Shown here piece by piece: positions 25,093-36,647 of a stretch of DNA of 64,000 nt. Below the pieces are notes generated by a model. It had not been told where the DNA came from, did no database searches, and worked only from the letters and a program-made list of their open reading frames with translations. Each line of letters starts with the position of its first letter. Position 1 is the stretch's first letter. This stretch comes from Azolla caroliniana (taxonomy: Eukaryota > Plantae > Polypodiophyta): positions 3,348,001 to 3,412,000 of the forward strand of contig JBHGNT010000008.1 of the NCBI GenBank assembly GCA_043228905.1, given 5' to 3'. Position numbers and translations under genes: made by a program.

Positions 25093-28000
25093 TCCGCCCT
25101 CACCTAACCGCGCATCCATCGGTATGCGCCAAAATAGACTCTTGTCGAAGAAGACAAGCCCGCGCTTACCCTTCGTCCTCCGGATCGCCATTCTGCGTAG
25201 TCTATTTACGTGCGCCCGTGTTCTCGTTCCCGACACCGTCGTGTGCCGTCTTCAGCCTTCCTTGTTCGGCACCATCTGTGCCGAGCACCGTCCCATACCT
25301 ATGCTTTGCTTTGGCTCAATGGCCACGCGCACGCCTTCTGTTTTGCTTTCGGGTGTGCCAAACAGTCGAGGTCTCTAGGCAGGTGTGAAGGATCCTTCTC
25401 GGGCCTCCATTTTATTGGGTCACCGACTCGTGTACCAAGCGCGTCCGATCTTTGTCCTGCCGACCCTGCCGGTCGGGTCCGTATCCGGTTCATGGCCGCC
25501 TCGCCGGCCTCATGCCTCCTTTCGCTCCACTTTCCGTCGTCCAATCACGTTCACCTGCCGCCACCGATCTTTCCTATAGGACTCACGCCGGCGCTCGGGC
25601 CGACCGCCGAATCAGTGTGAGGATCTTCGTGGGACCTCTCCTTCTGCCTTCGGTTGCCTGCCTTGCTGCCGCCATCGTTCCTTACTCTAGGTCTCATGCA
25701 GGATCTCGTTGTCGGCTACCGGAGTCTCTAGAACCCGTGTGTGTAAGGTCACAGCAGCACCGTTTGCCGTCTTCCCAACCTCCGCGTCAGCCTCTTCGGC
25801 TGGTCACATTCACATGCCGCCACCGATCTCTCCTATAGGACTCACGCCGGCACTCGGGCCGACCGCCGGATCAATGTGAGGATCTCCGCGGACCGCCTTC
25901 GCCTTCCGATCACGTTCACCTGCCGCCACCATCCTTTCCTATAGGACTCACGCCGGCTCTCAGGCTGACCGCTGGATCGGTGTGAGGATCTTCCCCCTTA
26001 GCCGTCTCCGTTTCCTGCCTTGCCGTCGCCACCGTTCTCCCCTCTAGGTCTCACGCAGGCTCTCATTGCCGGCTGTCGGAGTGTCTAGAACCGGTGTGTG
26101 TAAGGTCGCAGCTAATCGCTTGTCGTTTTCCCGACCTTCGCGTCGGCCTCTTCTGTTGGTCACGTTCACCTGCCACCACCGATCTCTCCTATAGGACTCA
26201 CGTCGGCACTCGGCCCAACCGTCGGATCGGTGTGAGGATCTCTGTAGACCGCCCATCCGCACTTCCTTTGCCTTCGTCCCCTCGCCGCCACCGTTCGCCA
26301 CTCTAAGTCTCACGTCGGCTCTTGGGCCGACTGCCAGAGTCTCTAGAACCGGTGTGAAGGATCCTCCTTGGGCTTGTCGTATCTCCGACCCTTATCCTGG
26401 GTCGTCTTTGTTTGCAAGTCGAGATGGCGGTTTGCTCCACACCCTCTCCCGTGGTACCGATGTACCGTGTGCCGACCTCTTCTGCTAGTCTCTTCGGCTG
26501 GTCACGTTCACCTGCCACCACCGATCTCTCCTATAGGACTCACGCCGGCACTCAGGCCGACCGCCGGATCGGTGTGAGGATCTTTGTGGGACCTCTCCTT
26601 CTAACTTCGGTTGCCCGCCTTGCCGTCGCCATCGTTCCTTACTCTAGGTCTCACGCAGACTCTCGTTGCCGGCTGCCGGAGTCTGCGTGAGACCTAGAGT
26701 AAGGAATGGGTGTCTCTAGAACCGGTGTGTGTAAGGTCGTTGCAGCACCGCTTGCCATCTTCTTCCGTCCCCTTCTGTCGGTCACTTCGGCTGGTCACAT
26801 TATCTTGTCGCCACCGATCTCTCCTATAGGACTCACGCCGGCACTCGGGCCGACCGCCAAATCGGTGTGAGAATCTCCGCAGACCGCCCATCCTTTCCCT
26901 TCACCTTCAGCCCCTCGCCGCCACCGTTCGTCCCTCTAGGTCTCACGTCGGCTCTCGGGCTGACCGCCGGAGTTTGTATAACCGATGTGAAGGATCCTCC
27001 TTGGCCTCATCGTATCTCTGACCCTTATCCCGGGTCGTCTTTGTCTACAAGTCGAGAGGGTGGTTTGCTCCATACCCTCTCCCGTGGTACCGATGTACCG
27101 TGTCCCCCCCGGCCTCTTCGTAGGCCTGCTCTCTCCTCTCTTCCAGATCGGTTATCCGGAAGTCCGCTCCGCCCGATTCTCGTCTGGGTCCGCCCGTCGT
27201 TCTCTAGATTGTCGGGTCCCATTCTCCTGCCGCCACCATCAGTATCTTGGTCTTACGTGGGATCCGATGCTGACCGCCGGAGTCTCTAGATCTGGTGTGA
27301 TGTGACCCATAGGACCGGTCTTCGCTCTCCGCTTTGTCCCTTGTACTTCTCCCAGACTCTTCGTCGCTCCCCTTGCTGCGTTCCCGCCTCCATCTTCCAT
27401 CTCTTTCGGTCTTACGTTGCCATGTTGGCTCGAACTGCCGAAGTCTCCAGTCAAGATGTGGGGACACCAATTTCATAATGGCTCGCGACGACTCCTCCGG
27501 GCCCACCGACCCTTTTAGTGGTGCCGGTGGATAGCATCCGCTCTATGATCAATCAAGCCCCGCATGGGCTTGATTCTCCAATGTCCAGAGTTTTGGCTCC
27601 GATGCCGATCCTGCTAGACGCGTTCCGAATCCTTGATCACCTTCCTTTCGATTCCCAACCTTCGCTCGGTCAGTCTTTCTCCCCATGTAAAAGACGGTGG
27701 CTCGTTCCGCACCCTCTTCCGTATCGGCACCCTCATGCCGACTCTGGCCCCGGCCGAACAATCCATGACCAGATCGCGCTCCACCCGAATTGGAGCGCTG
27801 CGCATTCGATCCCCGGTCGGGTCATTTCTTGGTCTCTTCGTCGACCTTCTCGTGGGCCATTTCCCATCCTTCTTCGTTGTCTTTGTGCCAGGACTCCTCG
27901 ACACCGTCATCCATCTCCTCGGTCTCACATGGGCGTAAGGGCCCGAATGCCGAGTTCTCCGGAATCGGTCCCGAGGGCTCTTGTTCATTCCTTCCCCGTA

Positions 28001-29216
28001 TCGTCTCGCCGGTGATTCTCGGTCTCACGCCGCCACCTTCCTCCTCTTGGGACTCACGTGGGCACTCAGGCCCAACTGCCATCGTCTCGGGAGAAAGTGT
28101 GGAAAGACACGAAGAATCACCCGTCCGTTTTACGCCTTTGTCGGTAGCCACCGGCTCCTCGTGGTCGGTGGTTGTCTTCTTACCGATCGTGCAAGCCCCA
28201 CCTGGGCTTGCTTCTCCAATGTCCGGAGTTTCGGGCGGACGTACCCAAAACCATCAGTCCCAACATTCTGATTCCGCAATCGGTATCTCGGCCTCTTCCT
28301 CGACCGTTCTATCTCCGCAAGTCGAGAGGGCATTTTGTTTCGCACCCTCTCCCGCGGTACCGTCGTACCAATCTTCTGCCTTCTCGTGGGGCAAGTTCAT
28401 CTCCTCGGCATCGGCTTGCGGCCTCGATCTTTCCTCTTCCTCGAGCATTGCCTCGAGAGCTGCGTACACCTCCGCAATCTTAGCCCTGAATCCGAGCCTT
28501 GTCGACTCTCTTTGTCGTTCGGCCTCTTCCCGCTATGATGGCATGTCGTCGCACGCCTTCCACTTAGCCTCCTCGGCTCGCTCGTCATCTAGCCGTTGGC
28601 ATACCCTTTCGACCTTTGACCAATCCTCCGTTAGGCCATTCGCTCCGTCCTCATCTTCGAGCTCAATCCCGATGGCCTCCCGTTCCGCTCGGTCGATCGA
28701 CTTAACGAACAACATGACTTTGTCCGCCCCCACCAAACGTTGTTCTCGCTCCAGGAGCCGAGCAAGCCGCCACTCGAACTCTCAAAATTCCTTCATTGCG
28801 CCCCGGTGGGTCTTCACCGATGCAACCCACTAGTCGAAGTCGTGTCGTCCCCGGCTCTTCCATCGTCCTCCATATGCCTACAGGAGTGACTCTTCAAAGG
28901 CCTCCCACGAACTATGAGCTTCTCGGAGCTCCTTCACTTCCGCGTGCATACGGACGACGACGACCCGACAGAAGAACTCCAGGCTCACTGCCTCGTCTAC
29001 ATCTCGCTCCTCCATTTCCGCGTTGTAGGCTTCCAAGTAGAATGGGACCTTGTCCCCGTTGAAACGGCCGACTCTTTCGACCACTTGCTGCGCCGACTCT
29101 CGTCTTGTTGTTGCTCGTCCAAAACTCCCTCACCACCTTGACAAAAAGTTGCATGAAGTCGTCTTCTTCCAACTCCATTCTCCCTTGCCGCCCGTTCACG
29201 TCGGGTTCACCAAACA
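25093..29216 (-). mobile_element. Internal region of a non-autonomous gag-only (TR-GAG-like) element
   Basis: PBS 29195-29212. Gag VERVGRFNGDKVPFYLEAYNAEM..LFVKSID..GLTEDW (disrupted). No protease, RT or integrase motif. Repeat array, then PPT. Confidence 0.85.
25546..27310. repeat. Higher-order GC-rich repeat array (about 12 units of roughly 110-150 bp)
   Basis: Core GCCGCCACCGNTC..CTWTAGGWCTCACGCCGGC..CCGGA..CGGTGTGA at about 25557, 25667, 25816, 25922, 26022, 26172, 26284, 26512, 26622, 26807, 26917 and 27229. Confidence 0.85.
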
Positions 29217-29330
29217 TGTCGCGTTGTTACGCGCGTGCATGTAGAAGGGGCAGGACCACAGGGGTCTCGGACGAGGGACAAGAGGGATGCCAAGAAAACC
29301 GATGCCGGACACGACCCGGATGCAACCGAA

Positions 29331-29387
<57 letters not shown>

Positions 29388-29406
29388 CAAAGAAGAGGGA
29401 GAGCGT

Positions 29407-29967
29407 TGTCGTAAGAATTTCGGCCAGAGGCGGAAACCGGGAAATATTGGCTACATCGACGGGGTACAGCATGTGCGGTCACCCTTGTACATTTAGTGTG
29501 AATAGTAGGAGTCAAGTTGGGACAGAGAATCCCATGTAAGTTGGGATTTATCCCACATTGTAGCGCATCTCCTTCCTTGTTCTATAAAAGGAAGGGAGCG
29601 CCTCTTGTGAGGGGGTTGCCCATTTTTGAGTCGTAAGGGTATATACCATTTTGTGCTTCGTTTCTAGGGTTAGTGACATTCTTTCCTTTTTTTTCCCTCT
29701 ACTCCTTCTCCTTCCTGAGAACTCGAGCGGCAGCTATGGCGGGGAAAGCTATTAGGTTAACTCTTCTTCTTCTTTTGTGCGTAGCCGACTCGCGGCCGGG
29801 GTTGTATATCTCCCTGTTGTAGGTTGCTTTTGCTTGGCCTCCTGTGCAAGATCCCACTCGGCGCGTTGAGCCCGAGAGCTCCCCGACGGCGGCTTGGTGG
29901 CAGACTGCCCTTGCGACCTAGCCTACCTCAGTCCAAGTCGGAGTAGGAGTTGTAGCTCACTCTTGTA

Positions 29968-30010
<43 letters not shown>

Positions 30011-33000
30011 GGTTGTGCATATTTGTGTCTCTGTCAGTGTCGGGTGCTTTCCCTTCCCTGTGTTTCCTATACATAAGAGGTGTGCGTTGTGTCGGTGTTG
30101 TGCGTGTGTTCTCTCCCTCTCTTCCTCTCTCGCGTTTGGTAGTCACCGGTACGTGTCCGGAATTGTTCCGGTTCGCGTCACCACCAATGCAGCCGAGACC
30201 GGAGAGAAGTCGGCTTCCTACGCTCCGTCACTCCCTAGTCCAAGACCCCCGTGGTCCCGCCCCTTCTATACGCATGCGCGTAACATCGCGACATATTTGG
30301 TGAACCCAACGTGAAGGGTGGCAAGGGAGAATGGAGTTGGAAGAAGACGACTTCACGCAACTTTTCGTCGAAGCGGTGAGGGAGTTTGGATGAGCGACAA
30401 CTAGACGAGAGTCGGCGAAGCAAGCGGTCGAGCGAGTGGTCGAAAGAGTCGGCCGTTTCAATGGGGACAAAGTCCCATCTTACTTGGAAGCCTACAACGC
30501 GGAAATGGAGGAGCGAGACATGGACGAAGCGTTGAGGCTGGAGTTCTTCTGTCGAGTTGTCGTCGTCCATATGCACGCGGAAGTGAAGGAGCTACGAGAA
30601 GCTCATAGTTCGTGGGAGGCCTTTGAAGAGGCGCTCCTGCAGGCATATGGAGGACGGCGGAAGAGTCGGGGACGACACGACTTCGACCAGTGGATAGCAT
30701 CGGCAAAGACCCACCGAGGCGCAACGAAGGCGTTCCGAGAGTTCGAGCGACGGCTTGCTCAGCTCCCAGAGCGGGAACAAGGTTTGGTGGGGGTGGAAAA
30801 AGTCCTATTGTTCGTCAGGTCGATTGACCGAGCAGAACGGGAGGCCATCGGGATTGAGCTCGAAGACGATGACGGAGCGAATGGGCTTACGGAGGACTGG
30901 TCGAAGGTCGGAAGGGTATGCCAACGGCTAGACGAAGAGCGAGCCGAGAAGGCTAAGGGGAAGGCGCGCGACGGCATGCCATCACAATGGGAAGAGGCCG
31001 GACGGCAAAGAGAGTTGGCAAGGGTTGGCGTAGGGGCCAGGATTGCGGAAGCGTACAAGGCTCTGAAGGTGATGGTCGAAGAAGAAGAAAGATCCAGCAC
31101 GCAGTCGGATTCCGGAGACCCAGAGCTAGTCGGCCTTCCGGACGAGGTGGACATGGCCCAAGCAGAGGCCGAGGGAGGGTACCACGGTACCACGGGAGAG
31201 GGTCAGGAGCAAGATGCCCTCTCGACTTGCGGAGAATTGCCGACCGAGGACAAGGTCGGGAACGGAGAAGATCCCTCCACGCAGATTCCGGAGACTCCGG
31301 TGGTCGAGCCCGTGTGCTGACATCAGACCAGAGAGAAGGAAAGTGCCGACGAGGAGTCCTAGCACGATGCCAGCGAAGAGGGATGGGAAACGGCCTGCGA
31401 GGAGGCCAAGGACGGAGGCGGCATGGGAAGATCGGCATTCCGATTCGGATGGAGCGTGATCCGGATGTGGATGACTCGACCGAAACCGGCCCAAGGCACG
31501 AAAGACTAGGGACGGGCTATAGAGCCCGATCGGTAGGGCTCGGTTCGGTACAATAGTGACGGTGCGGAAGAGGGTGTGAAACAAATCGCCCTCTTTTACA
31601 TGAGGACACAAGCCGGCCAGGCGAAGGCCGCAAATCGGGAAGCTAGTGATCGAGGTTGCGGAGAGAGATCGGTAGGTTTCGGACACCGCTGCCCGAAACT
31701 CCGGACATTGGAGAATCAAGTGCAGGTGGCACATGATCGATCGAAGTCCAGATGCTTCTCACCGAACGTGGATTGGGAGCGGTACCCCGAACGAGCGTCC
31801 GCAAATCATTACGGGATGGAAACACCACGTCTTATACGGAGACTCAGGCAGCCGGCAACGAGCGCCGACGTGAGACCTGGACAGATGGGAGATGGAGGCA
31901 GGTACGTGAGAAGGAGGGCGAAGAGTTCAAAAGAAGCACAGGTGAGTGAGGGTGAAAGCAACCAATCCTACGGGATCCCCACACCGATCCAGAGACTCCA
32001 GTAGTTCGGCCAACGTGGCAACATGAGACCGAGAGAGAAGGTTGGTGGCGGCGGGAAACGGGACCCGGAAACACAAAGGCGGGAGCCAGCTACGCGGAAG
32101 ACACGAGGAGAGTCGCGAAGGACTCCGACAAAGGACACCCGACTTTTGGCAAGCAGAGAAACGGGGTCCGGTCCTATGGGACCCTCACACCGATCTGGAG
32201 ACTCCGGCGGCAGGCTTGCGAGAGCCGGCGTGAGACCTAGGGAGATGAACGGTGGCGGCAGAGAACGAGACCCAACGACACGAGATATCGGATCGAGAGT
32301 CGGTAAGACGGGGGGCGGACGAAGTGCGAAACCCTTACCGGCCGGTTACGGTTTCGGAAGGAGCTAGTAGGGGCAAACACGGGGAGGTGTGTCGGGCCAG
32401 AAAGGCACACCTGGGGAGGAACAAAAGTCTCACAAGTGGCCATCGCGGGCCGGATCGAAGCGTGACTAAGGGACGGTGTTCGGCACAGGCGATGCCGAAC
32501 AAGGGAAGCGGAAGACGACACAAGGGAGGTGCCGGGAACGAGGTGACGAGTGCATAGTGGACTGCACAAGGTCGGAGTCAAGGTATGACAAGGGAGTCCA
32601 GAGGAGGACCCTCCACACTCGCTTCGTAGATCTCGGCAGCTCAGTCAGAGCAATGAAGACTATCACTGCAAGCCCGGGATGACAAGCTGGTGGGGGCGAG
32701 GGGACGACGGCAAGTGAAAGACTCAGGACCTGTAGCAGTAGCGCAAGACGGAAAGGGCCAAGCGGGCTACTACGGGGTATTCCTTGGATGCGGAGGACAC
32801 CGGTGTGCGGATGAGCGGCGATGCACGATCTGGCCGGGAAAGGGGCCGACAAGGCGTGCAAAAAACCAGAGTGCGGCACAAGCAGTGCCAAACAACGGAC
32901 GAGGATATGCGGCACACGGAGGTGCCGGAGCGAAAAGGCGAGCGCGAAGACGGGTTGCGCGGTTCGGAGGTAGTGCGTAGAATGCCAGAGGAGGATCCTC

Positions 33001-34007
33001 CACACCGTTCCGGAGACCTTGGCGGTCCGAGCCGACGTGGCGACGTAAGACCAAGGAGAAGGAAGGTGGCGGCGAGGGGACGAAGGCAGTAGGAAACAAC
33101 TCGGGACGACGATCAGGACCACACGAATGGTCGACGGAGGCCAGGAGGGCCACTACAAGCGTTCCTCAAGCGGAGGACATAGGGAATACGGCGGAGAGCG
33201 GAGTGTGCATGCGGCCGAACAAGGGCCAGCGGAAGTACGCGTACTACGAAGATCGTGGCAAAGGACCCATTGACAGGTCGAACAAGCCTACGGGGAGGTA
33301 AGCGCGAAGGAAGAACCGAAGCCGACGATTCAAATCGGCAGTGAGCCGGGGTGCGGATTACGAAAGTCCAGTTTCTCACCAGCCGAAATCTCTCACCCTT
33401 CACCGGATTTGGCACGTACCGGTGGACGTGCGGTTTGGTGGGGGCGGATGTCGTGAAGAATTTCGGCCAGAGGCGGAAATCGGGAAATATTGGCTACATC
33501 GACGGGGTGCAGCATCTGCGGTCACCCTTGTACATTTAGTGTGAATAGTAGGAGTCAAGTTGGGACAGAGAATCTCATGTAAGTCGGGATTTATCCCACA
33601 TTGTAGCGCATCTCCCTCCTTGTTCTATAAAAGGAAGGGAGCGCCTCTTGTGAGGGGGTTGCCCATTTTTGAGTCGTAAGGGTATACCATTTTGTGCTTC
33701 GTTTCTAGGGTTAGTGACATTCTTTCCTTTTTTTTCCCTCTACTCCTTCTCCTTCCCGAGAACTCGAGCGGCAGCTATGGCGGGAAAGCTATTAGGTTAA
33801 CTCTTCTTCTTCTTTTGTGCGTAGCCGGATCGCGGCCGGGGTTGTATCTCTCCCTGTTGTAGGTTGCTTCTACTCGGCCTCCTGTGCAAGACCCCGCTCG
33901 GCGCGTTGAGCCCGAGAGCTCCCCGACGGCGGCTTGGCGGTAGACTGCCGTTGCGACCTAGCCTACCTCAGTCCGAGTCGGAGTAGGAGTTGTAACTCAC
34001 TCTTGTA

Positions 34008-34046
<39 letters not shown>

Positions 34047-34332
34047 CAGGGTTGTGCATATTTGTGTCTCTGTCGGTGTCGGGTGCTTTCCCTTCCCTGT
34101 GTTTCCTGTACATAAGAGGTGTGTGTTGTGTCGGTGTTGTGCACGTGTTCTCTCCCTCTCTTCCTCTCTCGCGTTTGGTAGTCACCGGTACGTGTCCGGA
34201 ATCGCTCCGGTTCGCGTCACCACCAGTGCAGCCGGGACCGGAGAGAAGTTGGCTTCCTACGCTCCGTCACTCCCTAGTCCAAGACCCCCGTGGTCCCGCC
34301 CCTTCTATACGCACGCGCGTAACATCACGACA
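29407..34332 (+). mobile_element. Structurally complete gag-only (TR-GAG-like) gypsy satellite with two LTRs and a 4-bp TSD
   Basis: LTRs 29407-30293 and 33449-34332 are highly similar. PBS TGGTGAACCCAACGTGAA at 30298-30315, PPT TTGGTGGGGGCGGA before 33449, TSD GCGT on both sides. No pol. Confidence 0.93.
30331..31320 (+). CDS. Gag capsid-like ORF of the satellite (one early in-frame TGA at about 30391; open from 30436)
   Basis: Aligns by eye to the autonomous gag (GRFxG..SYLEAY.AEM; F..W..S; EFE.R.A.L; VLLFV.S.D; GLT.DW..V.RVC.R.D). No CCHC knuckle. Confidence 0.75.
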
Positions 34333-34936
34333 GCGTGCGTGCGACACCGACTCTTATGCACAAGAAGCAAGGGGTTGTGCTTCTGACACCACCAAATACA
34401 CCAATATGCACAAAACAGATATGAGTATGTATATTACAAGGGAAAGAATACATCCTCGGCTTCGAGCCGGACCAAGGTAGGGTAGGTTACAACAGCAGTC
34501 TGCCGCCAAGCCGCCGATCGGGGAGCTCTCGGGCTCGTCACGCCAAGCGGGGTCTTGCACAGGAGACCGAGCAGAAGCAAACCCTAATAGACATGAACTC
34601 TCCACTCACACGACGACAAAGAAGAAGAAGAAGAAGAAGAAGAAGAAGAAGAAACTACCTAACCCTAAATCTAACGGTATACCCTCTAACACAAAATGGG
34701 CAACCCCTTCACAAAGGGCGCTCCCTTCCTTTTATAGAACAAGGAGAGGGATGCGTAACAATGTGGGATAAATCCCTTACTACATGGGATCCCCTGTGCC
34801 GAATTAACTACTGTCCGACACCATGATGACGCCCCTATCATTTACACGATTTGTACAAGGGTGATTGCACATGCTCCACCTCGCCGATTCTTTCGATATT
34901 CTCCGATTCCGCCTAGGGACGGTTTTCTCCACGATA

Positions 34937-36646
34937 ACGGACTACAAATCTATCTCGACTCCTCTAGACTGGATTATGAAGCTTCGCCCTGACTTCGGAA
35001 CGACATGCGAACCAAAAAGGTTCTGACAAATAGTCAGAAGCCTTATCTACCTAACCATCACCCGACCGGACCTTCGATGTCCGGTCAGATTGATCAGCCA
35101 ATTTATGGCGCACCCAACCGTGGAGCACCTTCAGTGCATGCCCCGAATCCTCAAATATGTCAACGGCACTAAGGACATGGGGGTGTTGTATCGAGCCGGT
35201 ATAGCCAAACATCTTGTTGGCTACACGGATGTTGATTGGGCCGGAAATACCGGCGATCACAGGTCTCGGATTCACATTTTCACTTGGAAGCGTTGCAATC
35301 ACCTGGAGCAGTAAGAAGCAGCCGATAGTAGTGTTGTTGAGCATTGAGGCCAAGTACGGAGGAATGGTTGTTGCGACATGCGAAGTCATATGGCTCAAGA
35401 GGCTCTTGAAGGATCTACGCATAGAGGTGTCTAATCCGGTTGTGATCTAATGTGACAACCTTAACAACATCCAGTTGGCGAAGAACCCCATATGTCATGC
35501 CCGGTCAAAGTATATCATGGTGCACTACCATTTTGTCCGTGAGCGAGTTCTCTCCAGTGAAGTGGAATTATTGCATGTTCCAATGGATTGACATATTGTC
35601 GATATCTTCACCAAACCCCTCGGCTTGGACAAGTTGCAACAATTCTTCGGTGCACTTGGCGTACATTGTCGCGATAAGCCGAACTTGAGGGGGAGGAATG
35701 AAAGAGATAAATAGAAAGATGATCGAAAAATTGAGTCGAAATAGAAAGCCAGAGACAGAGTCAACCGAAAAAGGGGCAGGTAAAATCGAGAAGGCCGAGA
35801 CACAAACATGGGCCGATGTCATGAAAGGTCCGAAGATTGGAGGCGAGTCGGAGACTGCCAACTTTGACAATGAAGAAGATGAATTGGAGACAACCGATTC
35901 GGTTGAGAGTAAAAGTGAATTGGAAGCACCCGATTCAATCGAAATGTTCGATTCGGAGGAGCCTAATCCACAATGGGCCAAGCAGACAAAGGGAGCCGAT
36001 AAGGGCCAAGGGAGCAAACAAGTCGATCGAGAAGGTCGAGGTGCGCAGAACCAGACGTGTCGTGGAAAGAGGAACCAGACTGAACGAGGAGCGCGAGCAA
36101 GGGGGGAGAATGCAAGGAGGAGCCAGAGAGAAGGGCTAGATGCCACAAACAATGAGACAGCGATCTGACCTTAAGTTGAGCTTGAGGGGGAGTGTTGAGT
36201 GAGCAAGCTCAACCGGATCCGAATCAGCTGAATAAGGCAAAACTGGATCGGTATTCGAAAAGGTGTCCGGAACTAGGAGCTAGATCGGAGAGTCGGATCG
36301 TAATTCGGCACGGATCTGTATGAACCGGTAGGTCGTTAGAGACCTACGAATCTAGCCTAGTACGTGGGCAAATTTTTGGAAGTTTGTGTCTTATGCTCAG
36401 TATGAGCATTAAAGTACATGTCAGTACTTTAGTCAGTCCTTTAAGGACTTGTGTAAATACTGTTGTCAAGCACGTTGTATGTAATAGAGTGTTTTTATTG
36501 TTTTTTGAATATACACATTTTGTGTTCTGCTCTAACTCTGTCTCTCCCGTGTACTCTGTGTGTTTCCCATTAAACCTTTATTTCGGTGTTCTATTGCTAT
36601 CCAGCCGAGCCAGTTTTGTCTTAGCTTCCGTATATTTATTGTTTTA
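34937..36646 (+). mobile_element. Ty1/copia 3' portion: RT end/RNase H, extra 3' segment, PPT and truncated LTR from 36193
   Basis: LIYLTITRPDL..ISQFM..LVGYTDVDWAG..WSSKKQ. PPT CTTGAGGGGGAG, then TGTTGAG. Confidence 0.85.
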
Positions 36647-36647
36647 G

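Larger units (their letters stand above)
29217..34936 (-). mobile_element. 5' LTR of the minus-strand satellite (29217-29406 + 34337-34936), split by a nested insertion
   Basis: The two parts rejoin across the GCGT duplication. 34367-34936 closely matches 24496-25092. The terminal dinucleotide is mutated (CACGATA). Confidence 0.85.

Noticed and set aside
25546-27310. CRISPR-like repeat/spacer appearance
   Set aside because: Units are long and degenerate, the linkers are themselves repeated, there are no cas genes, and the array lies inside a eukaryotic LTR element.
20794-33544. Numerous long overlapping ORFs (e.g. 27790-28833, 20794-21588, 32466-33122)
   Set aside because: These are antisense or off-frame shadows of GC-rich gag/pol and repeat sequence, with no independent motifs.
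21739-34936. Retrozyme (hammerhead ribozyme in LTR), suggested by 4-bp TSDs and non-autonomy
   Set aside because: I found no CTGANGA...GAAA hammerhead core in the LTRs by eye, and the elements encode gag. An Infernal scan would be decisive.
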